Position numbers and translations under genes: made by a program. Of a stretch of DNA of 64,000 bases, positions 27,165 to 37,402 are shown piece by piece. The stretch is taken from contig OY970364.1 in NCBI GenBank assembly GCA_963718565.1, positions 2,080,001 to 2,144,000 on the forward strand. The letters run 5' to 3'. The notes under the pieces are model-generated. The model did no database searches, was not told the DNA's origin, and worked only from the letters and a program-made list of their open reading frames with translations. Source of the stretch: an uncultured Verrucomicrobiae bacterium (GTDB taxonomy: Bacteria > Chlamydiota > Chlamydiia > Chlamydiales > Rhabdochlamydiaceae). Numbering within the stretch: the first letter of the stretch is position 1; each line of letters opens with the position of its first letter.

Positions 27165-27934
27165 GCCATCGCAAATTTACGCTTTCTTTCCCTTGGGCCC
27201 GTTATAGCAAAAAGTTGGTCCATAAAATTGAAAATCCTCGTCATGGCGGTTTTTTTTCTCAAGAAGAAGCCCACGAACGCGGGATGCGGCTTGCCATTGG
27301 AAAACAAGGGGATCTAGAAGAGGGCAATGCTGTGGGATTTTATCTACTCGTCGACGAAAGCGATGGAGTAATTGCTGATGCAAAATTTCAAGTGTTTGGG
27401 CAGTCTGCACTCATTGGGGCTGCTGAAGCTGCTTGTGAAGTTCTCATTCGCAAAAACTATGATCAAGCGCGGCGTCTTACAGCAGATTTAATCGACAAAC
27501 AGGTCCGCGATAAGAATGGGATGACTGCATTTCCCGAAGAAACTTACACTTATCTCAATCTCGTTCTAGATGCCATCGAACAAGCTGCTGAACAATGCTT
27601 AGACATTCCCTTTGCGGAAGCGGATGTGCCAACTCCTCTTGAAGCAAAAGCAGAATATGGAGAGGGATATCCTGGTTGGAATCTATTAAGCCGCGAACAA
27701 AAAATTGTGGTCATAGAAGAGGTCATCGCGACAGAAATTCGACCCTACATCGAACTGGATGCAGGCGGCGTTCAGATTGTCGACCTGATAAATGATCGGG
27801 AACTCATCATCGCTTATGAAGGCGCATGCACATCGTGCCATTCCGCAACAGGTGCGACGTTGAATGCCATTCAAGAAACACTCAGGGCGAAAGTGGACAA
27901 AAATCTGCAGATCATTCCTGATATACCGAAATGA
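27161..27934 (+). CDS. NifU-like Fe-S cluster scaffold protein
   Basis: IADAKFQVFG N-domain; IRPYIELDAGGV and GACTSC C-domain. Confidence 0.88.
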   Translation: MSHRKFTLSFPWARYSKKLVHKIENPRHGGFFSQEEAHERGMRLAIGKQGDLEEGNAVGFYLLVDESDGVIADAKFQVFGQSALIGAAEAACEVLIRKNYDQARRLTADLIDKQVRDKNGMTAFPEETYTYLNLVLDAIEQAAEQCLDIPFAEADVPTPLEAKAEYGEGYPGWNLLSREQKIVVIEEVIATEIRPYIELDAGGVQIVDLINDRELIIAYEGACTSCHSATGATLNAIQETLRAKVDKNLQIIPDIPK

Positions 27935-27941
27935 ATTCATG

Positions 27942-28685
27942 TTATTTTAATTTAAGTTCGCCTGCGGAAAGCGTTGCGACTTGTCCATCGGGTAATACTA
28001 GATTCAACCTGCCATCTGGATTAATAGAATGACAGACTCCTGTGATCATTTTTAAACCGTCGTTGCAAGCAATTGTCTTCCCTTTATACGCGAGCAGTTT
28101 TTCATAGCCCGTGCGAAAAGGTTCAAAACCCTTGGCGAGCAAGGTGTCCAGATCCTTGAGAAATTGTTTTAAGACAGGTTCGAGAATTTGCTCGAGGGTC
28201 CAAGTTTGGCCACTGAGCTGAGCAAGTGAGGTGGCCGGTTGGTCGATCGTTTCGAGAAGCTCTTGAGACATATTGACATTGATGCCAATGCCGAGGATGG
28301 CACCTATCCGATCCTCAAAAAAAACGGTCTCACATAAGATCCCTGCGACTTTTTTGCCATTGAGTAAAATGTCATTTGGCCATTTGATTTGAGGGGAAAA
28401 TCCTTTTCTTTTAAGGACAGCAATCGAGGATAAAGATAGGATCTGTCCAAGATTGATGATGTATGGACACGCACGTGGCAGGCAAAAATACAATGTGGCG
28501 TAAATGTTCTGCCCTCTTGGAGAAACCCATTTGTGAAAAAACCGCCCGCGCCCAGCGGTCTGTTCTAGAGCTGTGACACAAGTGAGCTGATGGGCATCTA
28601 GTGTCGCAGCATTTTTTTTAGTCCATGTGTTTGTGGAATCGATCGTATCAAAATGAATGTAGTAAATGTTTTTTAATCGAGGCAT
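27942..28685 (-). CDS. birA: Biotin-protein ligase
   Basis: DSTN, QTAGRGR, KWPND, KKVAGIL. Confidence 0.95.
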   Translation of the reverse strand: MPRLKNIYYIHFDTIDSTNTWTKKNAATLDAHQLTCVTALEQTAGRGRFFHKWVSPRGQNIYATLYFCLPRACPYIINLGQILSLSSIAVLKRKGFSPQIKWPNDILLNGKKVAGILCETVFFEDRIGAILGIGINVNMSQELLETIDQPATSLAQLSGQTWTLEQILEPVLKQFLKDLDTLLAKGFEPFRTGYEKLLAYKGKTIACNDGLKMITGVCHSINPDGRLNLVLPDGQVATLSAGELKLK

Positions 28686-28786
28686 AGAAAACCTAAAAAA
28701 ATTGCTCTTAACGCCAAGTTGGGGGCCAAGTATAATACAATTAAAATTAGAATCCATCCTTATTTTTAAAATAATTGGACGCTAAA

Positions 28787-29917
28787 ATGTGGGACCACCG
28801 CACTCTCAGTCGTATTGATTTCAGAACGCTGCCGATTTTACTCATTCTCATGTTCATCAGCATTTTAGTGATCACTGCCACGACGTGGGATCCAGAAGTG
28901 GGAGAAGAAAGCTTCTTAACCCCAGTGGCTAAAAGCCAGATCCGTTGGTTTGCGATTGGGTGGGCAGTCTATCTTTTTTTTGCCGGCCTTGATTACCGCA
29001 AACTCAAAGAATGGACCTGGTTTTTCTATTTCGGCATGCTCCTAATGCTCATCGGGCTGTTCTTCGTTCCAGCCATCCAAAATGTCCATCGTTGGTATCG
29101 GATTCCTGGCGCCAATTTTGCTTTCCAACCCTCAGAATATGCAAAACTCATTGTCGTGATGACCTTGAGCCTTTATCTCGAAAATAAAGGGCGTGAGACC
29201 TATCGGAAAAGTTCCACACTTAAGTCCCTATTGATCGTCTTTGTTCCTTTTATCCTTATTTTAAAACAGCCCGATTTGGGCACCGCTCTTGTCCTTTATC
29301 CCATGGCTCTTGTCATGTTTTATTTTGGAGGAATCAAAAAAAAAGTAATTACTGTGATGAGCCTAATAGCGATTGCTGGCCTCGTCTTCATTAGTATGAT
29401 GTTCTTAGGGTTTATCTCTCATGATCAATTCCGTCCCTACGCAACAAAAGTCATCAAAGAATACCAATATGAGCGCTTGAACCCTCATACTTACCATCAA
29501 AAAGCCTCTCAGACAGCCATCGCTCTTGGAGGCCTATCCGGTAGTGGTTGGCGCAAAAGCGAGTTCACAGGGCATCAATGGCTGCCTGCAGCACATACTG
29601 ACTCTGTCTTCGCAGCCTTTAGCGAAGAATTTGGGCTCATAGGAGTTTTTTTCTTAATGCTCTTTTTTTTCGGTTTGCTCTATTTTAGTTTTCAGGTGAC
29701 TGCAGTGGCCAATGACCGCTTCGGGCGGCTCCTTTCTGCAGGGATTACGACCTACCTTGCGATGCATATGATTGTGAATATGGGAATGATGTGCGGCTTT
29801 TTGCCAATCACGGGGGTTCCGCTCATGTTAATCACCTACGGCGGTTCGTCGGTTTTATCGACGATGACGGCGTTGGGGATTTTGCAAAGCATTTATAGCA
29901 AAAGGTTTATGTTTTAA
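28787..29917 (+). CDS. rodA: SEDS-family rod-shape protein RodA
   Basis: QPSEYAK, QPDLGTA, HTDSVF, LPITGVPL..ITYGGSS. Confidence 0.9.
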   Translation: MWDHRTLSRIDFRTLPILLILMFISILVITATTWDPEVGEESFLTPVAKSQIRWFAIGWAVYLFFAGLDYRKLKEWTWFFYFGMLLMLIGLFFVPAIQNVHRWYRIPGANFAFQPSEYAKLIVVMTLSLYLENKGRETYRKSSTLKSLLIVFVPFILILKQPDLGTALVLYPMALVMFYFGGIKKKVITVMSLIAIAGLVFISMMFLGFISHDQFRPYATKVIKEYQYERLNPHTYHQKASQTAIALGGLSGSGWRKSEFTGHQWLPAAHTDSVFAAFSEEFGLIGVFFLMLFFFGLLYFSFQVTAVANDRFGRLLSAGITTYLAMHMIVNMGMMCGFLPITGVPLMLITYGGSSVLSTMTALGILQSIYSKRFMF

Positions 29918-29919
29918 CT

Positions 29920-30363
29920 ATGCCACATCAATTTTTATTAACTTCCAGTTCCTGGCTCGGCCAGGGAAAAATTCAGCTGAACATGGTCGCAGAAGAGCTC
30001 GCTTTCTTTACCCGTTGGAATACAGAAAATGCAGACGGGAGTGGACGGATCGAATGTCTTCAGGAGATCCAAGTCAAAGGTCTTTCGGACATCATGCATA
30101 ATGAATTTTTGATTTACAACGTGACTATAGGCGGGGAATTTTCCATTGATTTGGAGAACCAGGCGCTCGGCAAAATCACGGGAACAGGACTGATCAATGA
30201 AAAAATCATCGCATGGGAATTTCGAGTGGAAGAAATCGGTTTCGAAGGATTTGAGCTCTATGAAAAACAGGATGAAAGCAATTATCTGATGCGCGCTGAA
30301 TACGCCACCAATGATCAATTCCGCACTTTAATCCAAGGACGGCTATGGAAGCAGACCACATAA
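29920..30363 (+). CDS. Hypothetical protein
   Basis: 147-aa ORF starting 2 bp after rodA. Confidence 0.7.
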   Translation: MPHQFLLTSSSWLGQGKIQLNMVAEELAFFTRWNTENADGSGRIECLQEIQVKGLSDIMHNEFLIYNVTIGGEFSIDLENQALGKITGTGLINEKIIAWEFRVEEIGFEGFELYEKQDESNYLMRAEYATNDQFRTLIQGRLWKQTT

Positions 30364-30746
30364 CTATTCATTGTCGATCTTCTCTCTTTGTCAGCCTCCT
30401 ATTTTCTCTGCTTTTTCTTTGCAGCTGTTTTTCAAGACCGGCGCTGATGACTTATGCAGAGTTTGATGATATCGAGCTTGGCACTTCAATAGCGACGCTC
30501 CAGTCGGAAATTGGAGAACCTTATGCAATTCATGATAAAAAGGGCGGAGCTCAGGAATACGAGTACATCGAACGGATTGACACAGGCAATAACCTTGCCG
30601 CTGAAAATCATTATTTTTTGATCGTCCAAGATGGAAAGGTGACAGGTAAATATATGAAGCGCGAGCGGCCGCCCGCCTATGACCTTATTTACCAGGACCA
30701 ACCTAATTACTATCCCGAATTTCCAGGTTCATCACTTCCCCCTTAA
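30345..30746 (+). CDS. Putative lipoprotein (BamE/SmpA-like)
   Basis: Lipobox-like LCSC; IELGTS.....IGEP pattern. Confidence 0.6.
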   Translation: MEADHITIHCRSSLFVSLLFSLLFLCSCFSRPALMTYAEFDDIELGTSIATLQSEIGEPYAIHDKKGGAQEYEYIERIDTGNNLAAENHYFLIVQDGKVTGKYMKRERPPAYDLIYQDQPNYYPEFPGSSLPP

Positions 30747-30752
30747 AGAAAT

Positions 30753-30858
30753 TAGACCCCTTGCATAACCTCTTCTTTGTGCCCGTGTGCGCATGCTATT
30801 ACCCATATCTTTAATCGGGCACGCACACGGGCACGAAAGAGGTTATGCAAGAGGTCTA
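30753..30858. repeat. RPE-like palindromic element (family E)
   Basis: TAGACCCCTTGCATAACCTCTT...AAGAGGTTATGCAAGAGGTCTA with inner GTGCCCGTGTGCG/CGCACACGGGCAC stem. Confidence 0.8.
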
Positions 30859-30867
30859 CTCAGGTTT

Positions 30868-31185
30868 TTAGGCTTTGATCTTGATATCGACGCCGGCAGC
30901 GACAGGAAGTACTTTGAGCTTATCGATGGTATCAGGGGTAGGGTTGAGGATATCGAGCATGCGGATATGCGTGCGAATCTCAAATTGCTCACGCGACTTG
31001 CGGTCGACGTGAGGAGAGCGCAGAACGGTGTAGATCTCTCTTTTTGTGGGAAGAGGGATCGGACCGGCAATCCTAGCGCCTGTGCGCTTGGCTGTTTCGA
31101 CGATATCGACTGCCGCGCGGTCGAGAACGCGCTGATCGTAGCCTTTGAGGCGAATGCGGATTTTTTGTTTTGATTGTTTACCCAT
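30868..31185 (-). CDS. rpsJ: 30S ribosomal protein S10
   Basis: IRIRLK, GPIPLPT, RSPHV..KSREQFE. Confidence 0.98.
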   Translation of the reverse strand: MGKQSKQKIRIRLKGYDQRVLDRAAVDIVETAKRTGARIAGPIPLPTKREIYTVLRSPHVDRKSREQFEIRTHIRMLDILNPTPDTIDKLKVLPVAAGVDIKIKA

Positions 31186-31205
31186 AATCTTAAAAAAGCC
31201 TTAAG

Positions 31206-33317
31206 TTATTTCTTTGTAATTTCTTCTTGAATTTTTGTGGGACCCGCTCGAAGTGGGAAGGTTCCATGACATAAGTGGCACGGCCAGAGCTCAAAGAGCG
31301 CAGCTGTGTCGAGTAACCAAACATTTCGCTGAGAGGAACTTCAGCATTCGACGATGACGACATTCTTTTGTGTTTCTTGGTTCATGATTTTGCCACGGCG
31401 GCGGTTGATATCGCCGATCACATCTCCCATGAATTGCTCAGGAGTAGTGACCACGACTTTCATGATCGGTTCTAAGATGAATCGGCTTGCATTTGCGCGC
31501 GGCTTCTTTGACGGCCATAGATCCGCAAATCTTAAACGCCATCTCGTTGGAGTCAACTTCGTGATACGATCCATAGATGATCGACGACTTTGACGTCGAC
31601 GAGGTTATAGCCGGCGAGAACGCCTGTTGCTAAACCTTCTTTAATCCCTTTGATCGTTGGCGTGATATATTCTTTAGGAATGACACCGCCGACAATTTTA
31701 CTGACGACCTCATTGCCTTTGCCTTTTTCATTCGGCTCGATTTCGACGCACAACGTGCGCATATTGACCGCGTCCACCGGATTGCTTGACGTACTTCGTT
31801 TCATTTTTGCCCGGGACTGTGATTGTTTCTTTGTAGGCAACCTCAGGTTTACCGACATTTGCTTCGACATGCGAATTCGCGGAACATACGGTCGCGTAGG
31901 ATCTCCAGATGGAGTTCGCCCATTCCCGCGATGATCGTCTGCCCTGTTTCTTCGTTTGTAGATACGCGGAAAGTCGGATCTTCTTCAGAAAGCGCGCTAA
32001 GCGCAAGGGATAGTTTTTCGCGATCCGCTTTTGACTTTGGCTCGATCGCCATGGAAATGACAGGCTCTGGGAAGTCCATTTTCTCGAGAAGAAGAGGGGT
32101 GTCTTCAGCGCAAAGCGTATCGCCTGTGCTTGTGTATTTAAGGCCGATGCACGCAGCGATATCGCCTGTAAAGAACTCATCGCGGTCTTTACGTTGGTTA
32201 GCATGCATTTCAAGCAGGCGGGAAACGCGTTCGTCCTTATCTTTGGTCGTATTGATGAGGCTGATACCTTTTGTCAGCGTGCCAGCATAGATGCGGACGA
32301 ATGTCAATCTGCCCACATAAGGATCGGACATGATTTTAAACGCAAGCGCTGCAAGCGGCGCGTCGTCGCGTGGTTCGAGTTCCATCGGTTCGCCGGTCGA
32401 ATAATTAATCCCTTTGATCATTCCGCGGTCGAGCGGAGAAGGCATCCAGGCGACGATGGCATCGAGAAGCGGCTGAATCCCTTTATTTTTGAAAGCAGTT
32501 CCGCAAAGAACAGGATTGATCTTATTCGTGCACACGCCTTTGCGGATCACAGCATGGATTTCATCTTCTGTGATCGAGTCAGGATTTTCGAGGACCTTCA
32601 TCATGAATTCTTCGTTGCTATCATCGATAGTCGCAAGTTCTTCGAGCATTTGTTGGCGCATTTCTTTGCAGTGGTCGAGGAGGTCTGCAGGGATTTCTCT
32701 TGTTTCGTATTTTGCGCCCATTGTTTCATCGAGGAAAAGATAGGCCTTCATCGTGATGAGATCGACCATTCCTTTGAATTCCGACTCAGCGCCGATAGGG
32801 CAATGGACTATGCACGGCATTGGCGCCAAGTTTTTCTTTCATGGAGTTGACAGCCATGAAGTAATCCGCGCCGACGCGGTCCATCTTGTTGATGAACGCA
32901 ATTCGCGGGACGTCGATAGCGTTCTGCTTGACGCCACACTGTTTCGGATTGGGGTTGAACACCAGCGACAGCATCAAAGACGGCAACAGCGCCGTCAAGG
33001 ACGCGCAAGGAGCGCTCAACTTCGATCGTGAAGTCGACGTGGCCAGGGGTATCGATGATATTGATCTTATGCGTTTCACCTCTATGCCCTTTCCAGTAAA
33101 CAGTAGTGGATGCGGAGGTGATCGTAATTCCTCTTTCGCGTTCTTGCTCCATGAAGTCCATGGTCGCAGCACCTTCATGCACTTCGCCAATGCGATGCAA
33201 TCTTCCGGAGTAGAAGAGGATCCGTTCCGTCGTCGTCGTTTTGCCCGCATCGATGTGGGCCATGATCCCGATATTCCGGACATTTTTTAATTCATCTGTT
33301 TCTGGTCGTTTACCCAT
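31206..33317 (-). CDS. fusA: Elongation factor G; frame broken by 8 single-base indels in this sequence (probable artefact)
   Basis: [50 protein letters not shown] across successive frames. Confidence 0.93.
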
Positions 33318-33329
33318 GCAGTTCCTCTT

Positions 33330-33803
33330 TTACCATTTGTAGTGCGCAAAGGCGCGGTTCGCTTCCGCCATACGGTGCGTATCGTCTTTCTTCTTGATGG
33401 TCGCGCCTTGATTGTTGAAGCAATCGATCAATTCGGTCGCAAGCGCTTCTTCCATAGGGCGGCCCGCTTTTTCGCGCGAGTACTTGATGATCCATTGCAT
33501 CGCCATTGCCGTACGGCGATCGGCAGCAATTTCAATAGGAACTTGATAGGTTGCGCCCCCGATGCGGCGTGATTTAACTTCGAGGGAGGGTTTCGCGTTT
33601 TCAAGAGCTTGTTCAAATGCAGCTAGAGGATCTTCCGCTTTGATCTTTTTGGCAAATTTTTCAATCGCATTGTAGACAATGCGGCGAGCCAAAGATTTTT
33701 TGCCGCTGATCATGATTTTGTTGATGAACTTCGTCAAAACATAACTGTTGTAAAGAGGATCTGGTTCCACTTCTCGTTTGACAGCTCGCCTTCTTCTTGA
33801 CAT
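33330..33803 (-). CDS. rpsG: 30S ribosomal protein S7
   Basis: RRIGGATYQVP, HRMAEANRAFAHY. Confidence 0.98.
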   Translation of the reverse strand: MSRRRRAVKREVEPDPLYNSYVLTKFINKIMISGKKSLARRIVYNAIEKFAKKIKAEDPLAAFEQALENAKPSLEVKSRRIGGATYQVPIEIAADRRTAMAMQWIIKYSREKAGRPMEEALATELIDCFNNQGATIKKKDDTHRMAEANRAFAHYKW

Positions 33804-33971
33804 GACTAATATTCCTCATTTCAAATGTTAATTTCTTATGAACTTGTCAATTAAGATCCACTTCACTTGGGTCATGGCTCGTCATACCATGCCCGGCCCG
33901 CGATTGACTCTTCACAGATGAAAAAAGAGGCAATGGTGAGCCAGGATACCTATCAAACAGGTATCCTAATA

Positions 33972-34343
33972 TTACTTAGGACGTTTTGCCCCGTATTTGG
34001 ATCTGGATTTTTTACGGTCTTTCACTGCAGCGCAGTCCAAAGATCCGCGGACGATATGGTAACGTACGCCAGGGAGGTCCTTCACACGTCCGCCTCGAAC
34101 GAGAACGATACTGTGTTCTTGAAGGTTGTGTCCTTCTCCGCCGATATAGGCGATCACTTCTTGACCATTAGAGAGACGGACCCATGCCACTTTACGGAGC
34201 GCTGAGTTCGGCTTCTTCGGTGTTTTCGTTTTGACTTGCAAACAGACACCGCGCTTTTGCGGACATTGTTGCAGGGCCGGAGATTTTTTTCTTTTTACTT
34301 TCGATCTTCGGCCAAATCGTACTAGTTGGCTAATTGTCGGCAT
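33972..34343 (-). CDS. rpsL: 30S ribosomal protein S12 (start ATG 34343)
   Basis: [37 protein letters not shown] upstream. Confidence 0.98.
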   Translation of the reverse strand: MPTISQLVRFGRRSKVKRKKSPALQQCPQKRGVCLQVKTKTPKKPNSALRKVAWVRLSNGQEVIAYIGGEGHNLQEHSIVLVRGGRVKDLPGVRYHIVRGSLDCAAVKDRKKSRSKYGAKRPK

Positions 34344-34363
34344 TTGTGCCTTCTCCTTCAATA

Positions 34364-34625
34364 TCGAGGGAATTGCAAAACTCCTTGCCGCATAAAATTG
34401 CGCTTTTGGCACCTGTCGCCTTGACGGCGGCTGCCTTCGGCCCCGGTTCGCTCTTCGCTCACCTGCATTGCTACTTACGAAGGTTCCCCGGACCTTCTTG
34501 TGTCTTCGCAGCCACTTATCCAAGTACGCTTTTGCCGCTGCCCACCGAACCCGCTGTGCGGGTTCTGGCAACAGGTGCCAAAATCATCGATTTTCTGCTG
34601 GCGAGGAGTTTTGCAATTCCCTCTA
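34364..34625. mobile_element. MITE-like element family A, full-length, in the rpsL leader
   Basis: TIR GAGGGAATTGCAAAACTCCT...AGGAGTTTTGCAATTCCCTC; near-identical copy 42378-42612; many isolated ends. Confidence 0.88.
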
Positions 34626-34854
34626 TCATTCTTGATTTCGATTCTTTAAGAAAAAAAGAACCGACCAAAGTCTCTAAGATATTGGAGCACTATATCGTGA
34701 ATAGAGAATTTATTGCAAAACCAAAGCTTGCTGGGGTATAAACAAAAGTGTTAAAAAACTTTTTTAAAAATTACAGTTAGGATAAATACGAAATTAGGGA
34801 GGGAGTTTTGCAATTCCCTCTAGGGTCCATATGCGAAGAAGAGGTCGTCGCTTC

Positions 34855-36837
34855 ATGCTCATGGGAATTTTAAAATTTTTTATTTTGTATGTAGCAGCTT
34901 TTATCATCTTTGCATTTCAAAGTGGAACTTTTCAGCTTAAAAAAGAAGATGTTCGAAAGACGATGGAAGAAATGCTGGCCTACCACGTCGAATATAAAGA
35001 ATTTTCTCCACTGATTGCGAGACGGTCTCTAAAGATCTATATCGAACAGTTCGATCCTGACCGAGTCTATCTGCTTTCTAGTGAAGCCAAGCCCTATCTT
35101 GAACCTAAAGAGGACAGAATAAAATCCGTTGTCCAAAAGTATCGCCAAGATGATCTTTCCGAATATGCGAAATTGAACCGGATCATTCAGGATTCTATAG
35201 TGCGATCACGCGCTTATCGCGAAGAACTTGAAGAAGAGCTCATCGAGAGCAAGGAAGACCCCAAAATTATTGGAGGAACATATCTCGATTATGTCCGCAA
35301 TGAAAAAGAGTTGAAAGAACGGATAAGAAAGCAACTGATCCGTGTGCTTTGGATCGAGAAGCAGGTAGGCAATCTCCCCACATTGAATGCTCAGCAGCGC
35401 AAAAAGATTTTTGCGCTTTGGGAAAAGCGGTTTGCACGCATAGAAAACAGCTATCTGTCAAAAAATAAAAACGAGCACTACTTATGCATGCATGTTCTGA
35501 AAGCATTTTCCAAAAGCTTGGACGCTCATACTTCGTATTATAGCCCTGAAGAAGCATATGAGATGCGTACCAGTCTCGAAAAACAGTTTGAAGGGATCGG
35601 GGTCGTTTTGCGCGAAAGCATAGACGGTGTGGTCATTCACGATATGATCAAAGGAGGGCCTGCAGAACGTAGTGGAAAAATTTCTTCAGGGGATCTGCTT
35701 GTAGAAATCAACGGTCAGGCAATAGAAGGAGCTCCTTACGAAGAAGTGCTAAAACGTCTTCAAGGTGAAGGTAAGGAAAAAATTCAACTTGGACTCCGTC
35801 ATTCCGCTGGAGAAAGTAAATCGCAGGTATATAGGATTGATCTCAAGCGCGAAAAGATTGTCTTGCAAGATGATCGTGTTCACTATTCCTTCGAGCGCTA
35901 CGCTGACGGAATCATTGGAAAAATCAGCCTCCCTTCTTTTTATGAAAGCGTTGAGGGATCGAGCTGCGAAATGGAAATGCGCGACGCTTTAAGAGCCCTG
36001 AAAAGGCAGGGCAACCTCTTAGGCCTTGTTCTGGATATGAGGGAAAACTCAGGGGGCTTCTTAAATCAAGCTGTTAAAGTCGCTGGGCTGTTTGTGTCCA
36101 GCGGAGTGATCGTCATTTCCAAGTATGCGCATGGAGAAATGCAGTATTTGCGCGATCTCGATGGGCGCAGCTATTATAACGGCCCGCTAGTCATTTTAAC
36201 GTCTAAGGGCTCGGCCTCAGCAGCAGAGATTGTTGCGCAAGCCCTGCAAGATTATGGAACAGGCATCATTGTCGGGGATGAGCGAACTTATGGCAAGGGG
36301 ACAATTCAATATCAAACCGTCACAGATTCTGGGGCAACTTCTTTTTTTAAAGTCACCGTTGGCCGTTATTACACAGTTTCTGGGAGGTCCACGCAGATCG
36401 AAGGCGTGAAAGCAGACATTATCGTTCCCACTGCTTATTCTTTGCTGAATATTGGGGAAAGGTATTTAGAGTTTCCTTTGAAAAATGATCAAATTCCTTC
36501 GGCTTATAACGATCCGCTGATGGACGTCGATCCTCGCAATAAACCCTGGTTTCAGAAGAATTATTTGCCCAATCTTCAGAAGAAGCTCTCCGTGTGGACG
36601 CAAATGCTCCCACAGCTTCAGGGCAATAGCGCTTATCGCCTTAAGCAAAGTAAAGATTATGGGTTCTTCCTCAAAGTGCTCGAGCAAGACAAAGGCCAGT
36701 TGTCCTTCACCCCCACAGCGAAAGAAAATTGGGGGGCTGAAGATCTTCAAATGATGGAAGGCGTGAGTATTCTTAAAGACATGGCTATCCTTAAAACATC
36801 CTCCCTGCAAAAGACAGCTTTTGTTGGGTGCAACTAA
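34855..36837 (+). CDS. tsp: Tail-specific protease (S41 family, PDZ domain)
   Basis: LDAHTSY, GIGVVL, DMRENSGG, SASAAEI, TYGKGTIQ. Confidence 0.93.
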   Translation: MLMGILKFFILYVAAFIIFAFQSGTFQLKKEDVRKTMEEMLAYHVEYKEFSPLIARRSLKIYIEQFDPDRVYLLSSEAKPYLEPKEDRIKSVVQKYRQDDLSEYAKLNRIIQDSIVRSRAYREELEEELIESKEDPKIIGGTYLDYVRNEKELKERIRKQLIRVLWIEKQVGNLPTLNAQQRKKIFALWEKRFARIENSYLSKNKNEHYLCMHVLKAFSKSLDAHTSYYSPEEAYEMRTSLEKQFEGIGVVLRESIDGVVIHDMIKGGPAERSGKISSGDLLVEINGQAIEGAPYEEVLKRLQGEGKEKIQLGLRHSAGESKSQVYRIDLKREKIVLQDDRVHYSFERYADGIIGKISLPSFYESVEGSSCEMEMRDALRALKRQGNLLGLVLDMRENSGGFLNQAVKVAGLFVSSGVIVISKYAHGEMQYLRDLDGRSYYNGPLVILTSKGSASAAEIVAQALQDYGTGIIVGDERTYGKGTIQYQTVTDSGATSFFKVTVGRYYTVSGRSTQIEGVKADIIVPTAYSLLNIGERYLEFPLKNDQIPSAYNDPLMDVDPRNKPWFQKNYLPNLQKKLSVWTQMLPQLQGNSAYRLKQSKDYGFFLKVLEQDKGQLSFTPTAKENWGAEDLQMMEGVSILKDMAILKTSSLQKTAFVGCN

Positions 36838-36870
36838 AATCTGTACTGAGTACAGATTTTAGTTGCACCC
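36826..36870. terminator. Perfect 22-bp-arm palindrome overlapping the tsp stop (terminator or mini-MITE)
   Basis: GGGTGCAACTAAAATCTGTACT-G-AGTACAGATTTTAGTTGCACCC followed by TTT. Confidence 0.6.
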
Positions 36871-36941
36871 TTTCGTTCAAAAGTGATTGCTTAAAAATCC
36901 CCTGACTTTCTATCGTATTGTACTTGATTTGCTTACTATTT

Positions 36942-37014
<73 letters not shown>

Positions 37015-37402
37015 TATTTTTCGAAGAAAAATAAGCCAGAAAAAAAGCCACCTGCGTGGCTTTTGTCTGGAATCGAAGTGAAGCGGCATGCAGGCCGCGA
37101 ACCGGCTTTCAGGACGACGACGCACGGCCAGTGCGCATCGCCTGAAAGGATTCCAGTTCTGGCCAAACCTTTTACGTTCTTGCCGGCGTAAATGATCCGG
37201 AATATGTCCGGAGTTCTAGATTTCCTTAAATCACCCAAACGGGTGCTTCAAAAATTGTTTTGAGGCGCCAATTTGGAGTGTCTGTTCCGGATATATTCCG
37301 GATTTTACATAAGCACTCCCTTTTAAACAGCTAATTCTCAAGAGAGAAGATGGTACCGTCCTCAGGACTATGTATCCTCCTCGCGGGTTAAAAGGAGTTA
37401 AA

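Noticed and set aside
32194..32850. Long antisense ORFs over fusA, carB, glgP and pit
   Set aside because: Shadow frames of well-supported genes
31206..33317. Programmed frameshifting or RNA editing in fusA
   Set aside because: Eight indels without slippery motifs; the pattern fits a mixed-read consensus error
34344..34571. 75-aa N-terminal extension of S12 in the ORF track
   Set aside because: It lies in MITE A, starts at TTG, and the canonical MPTI start has its own SD
34334..34741. 135-aa plus-strand ORF and similar ORFs at 42395-42698 and 13475-13738
   Set aside because: Open frames within MITE sequence; no protein motifs
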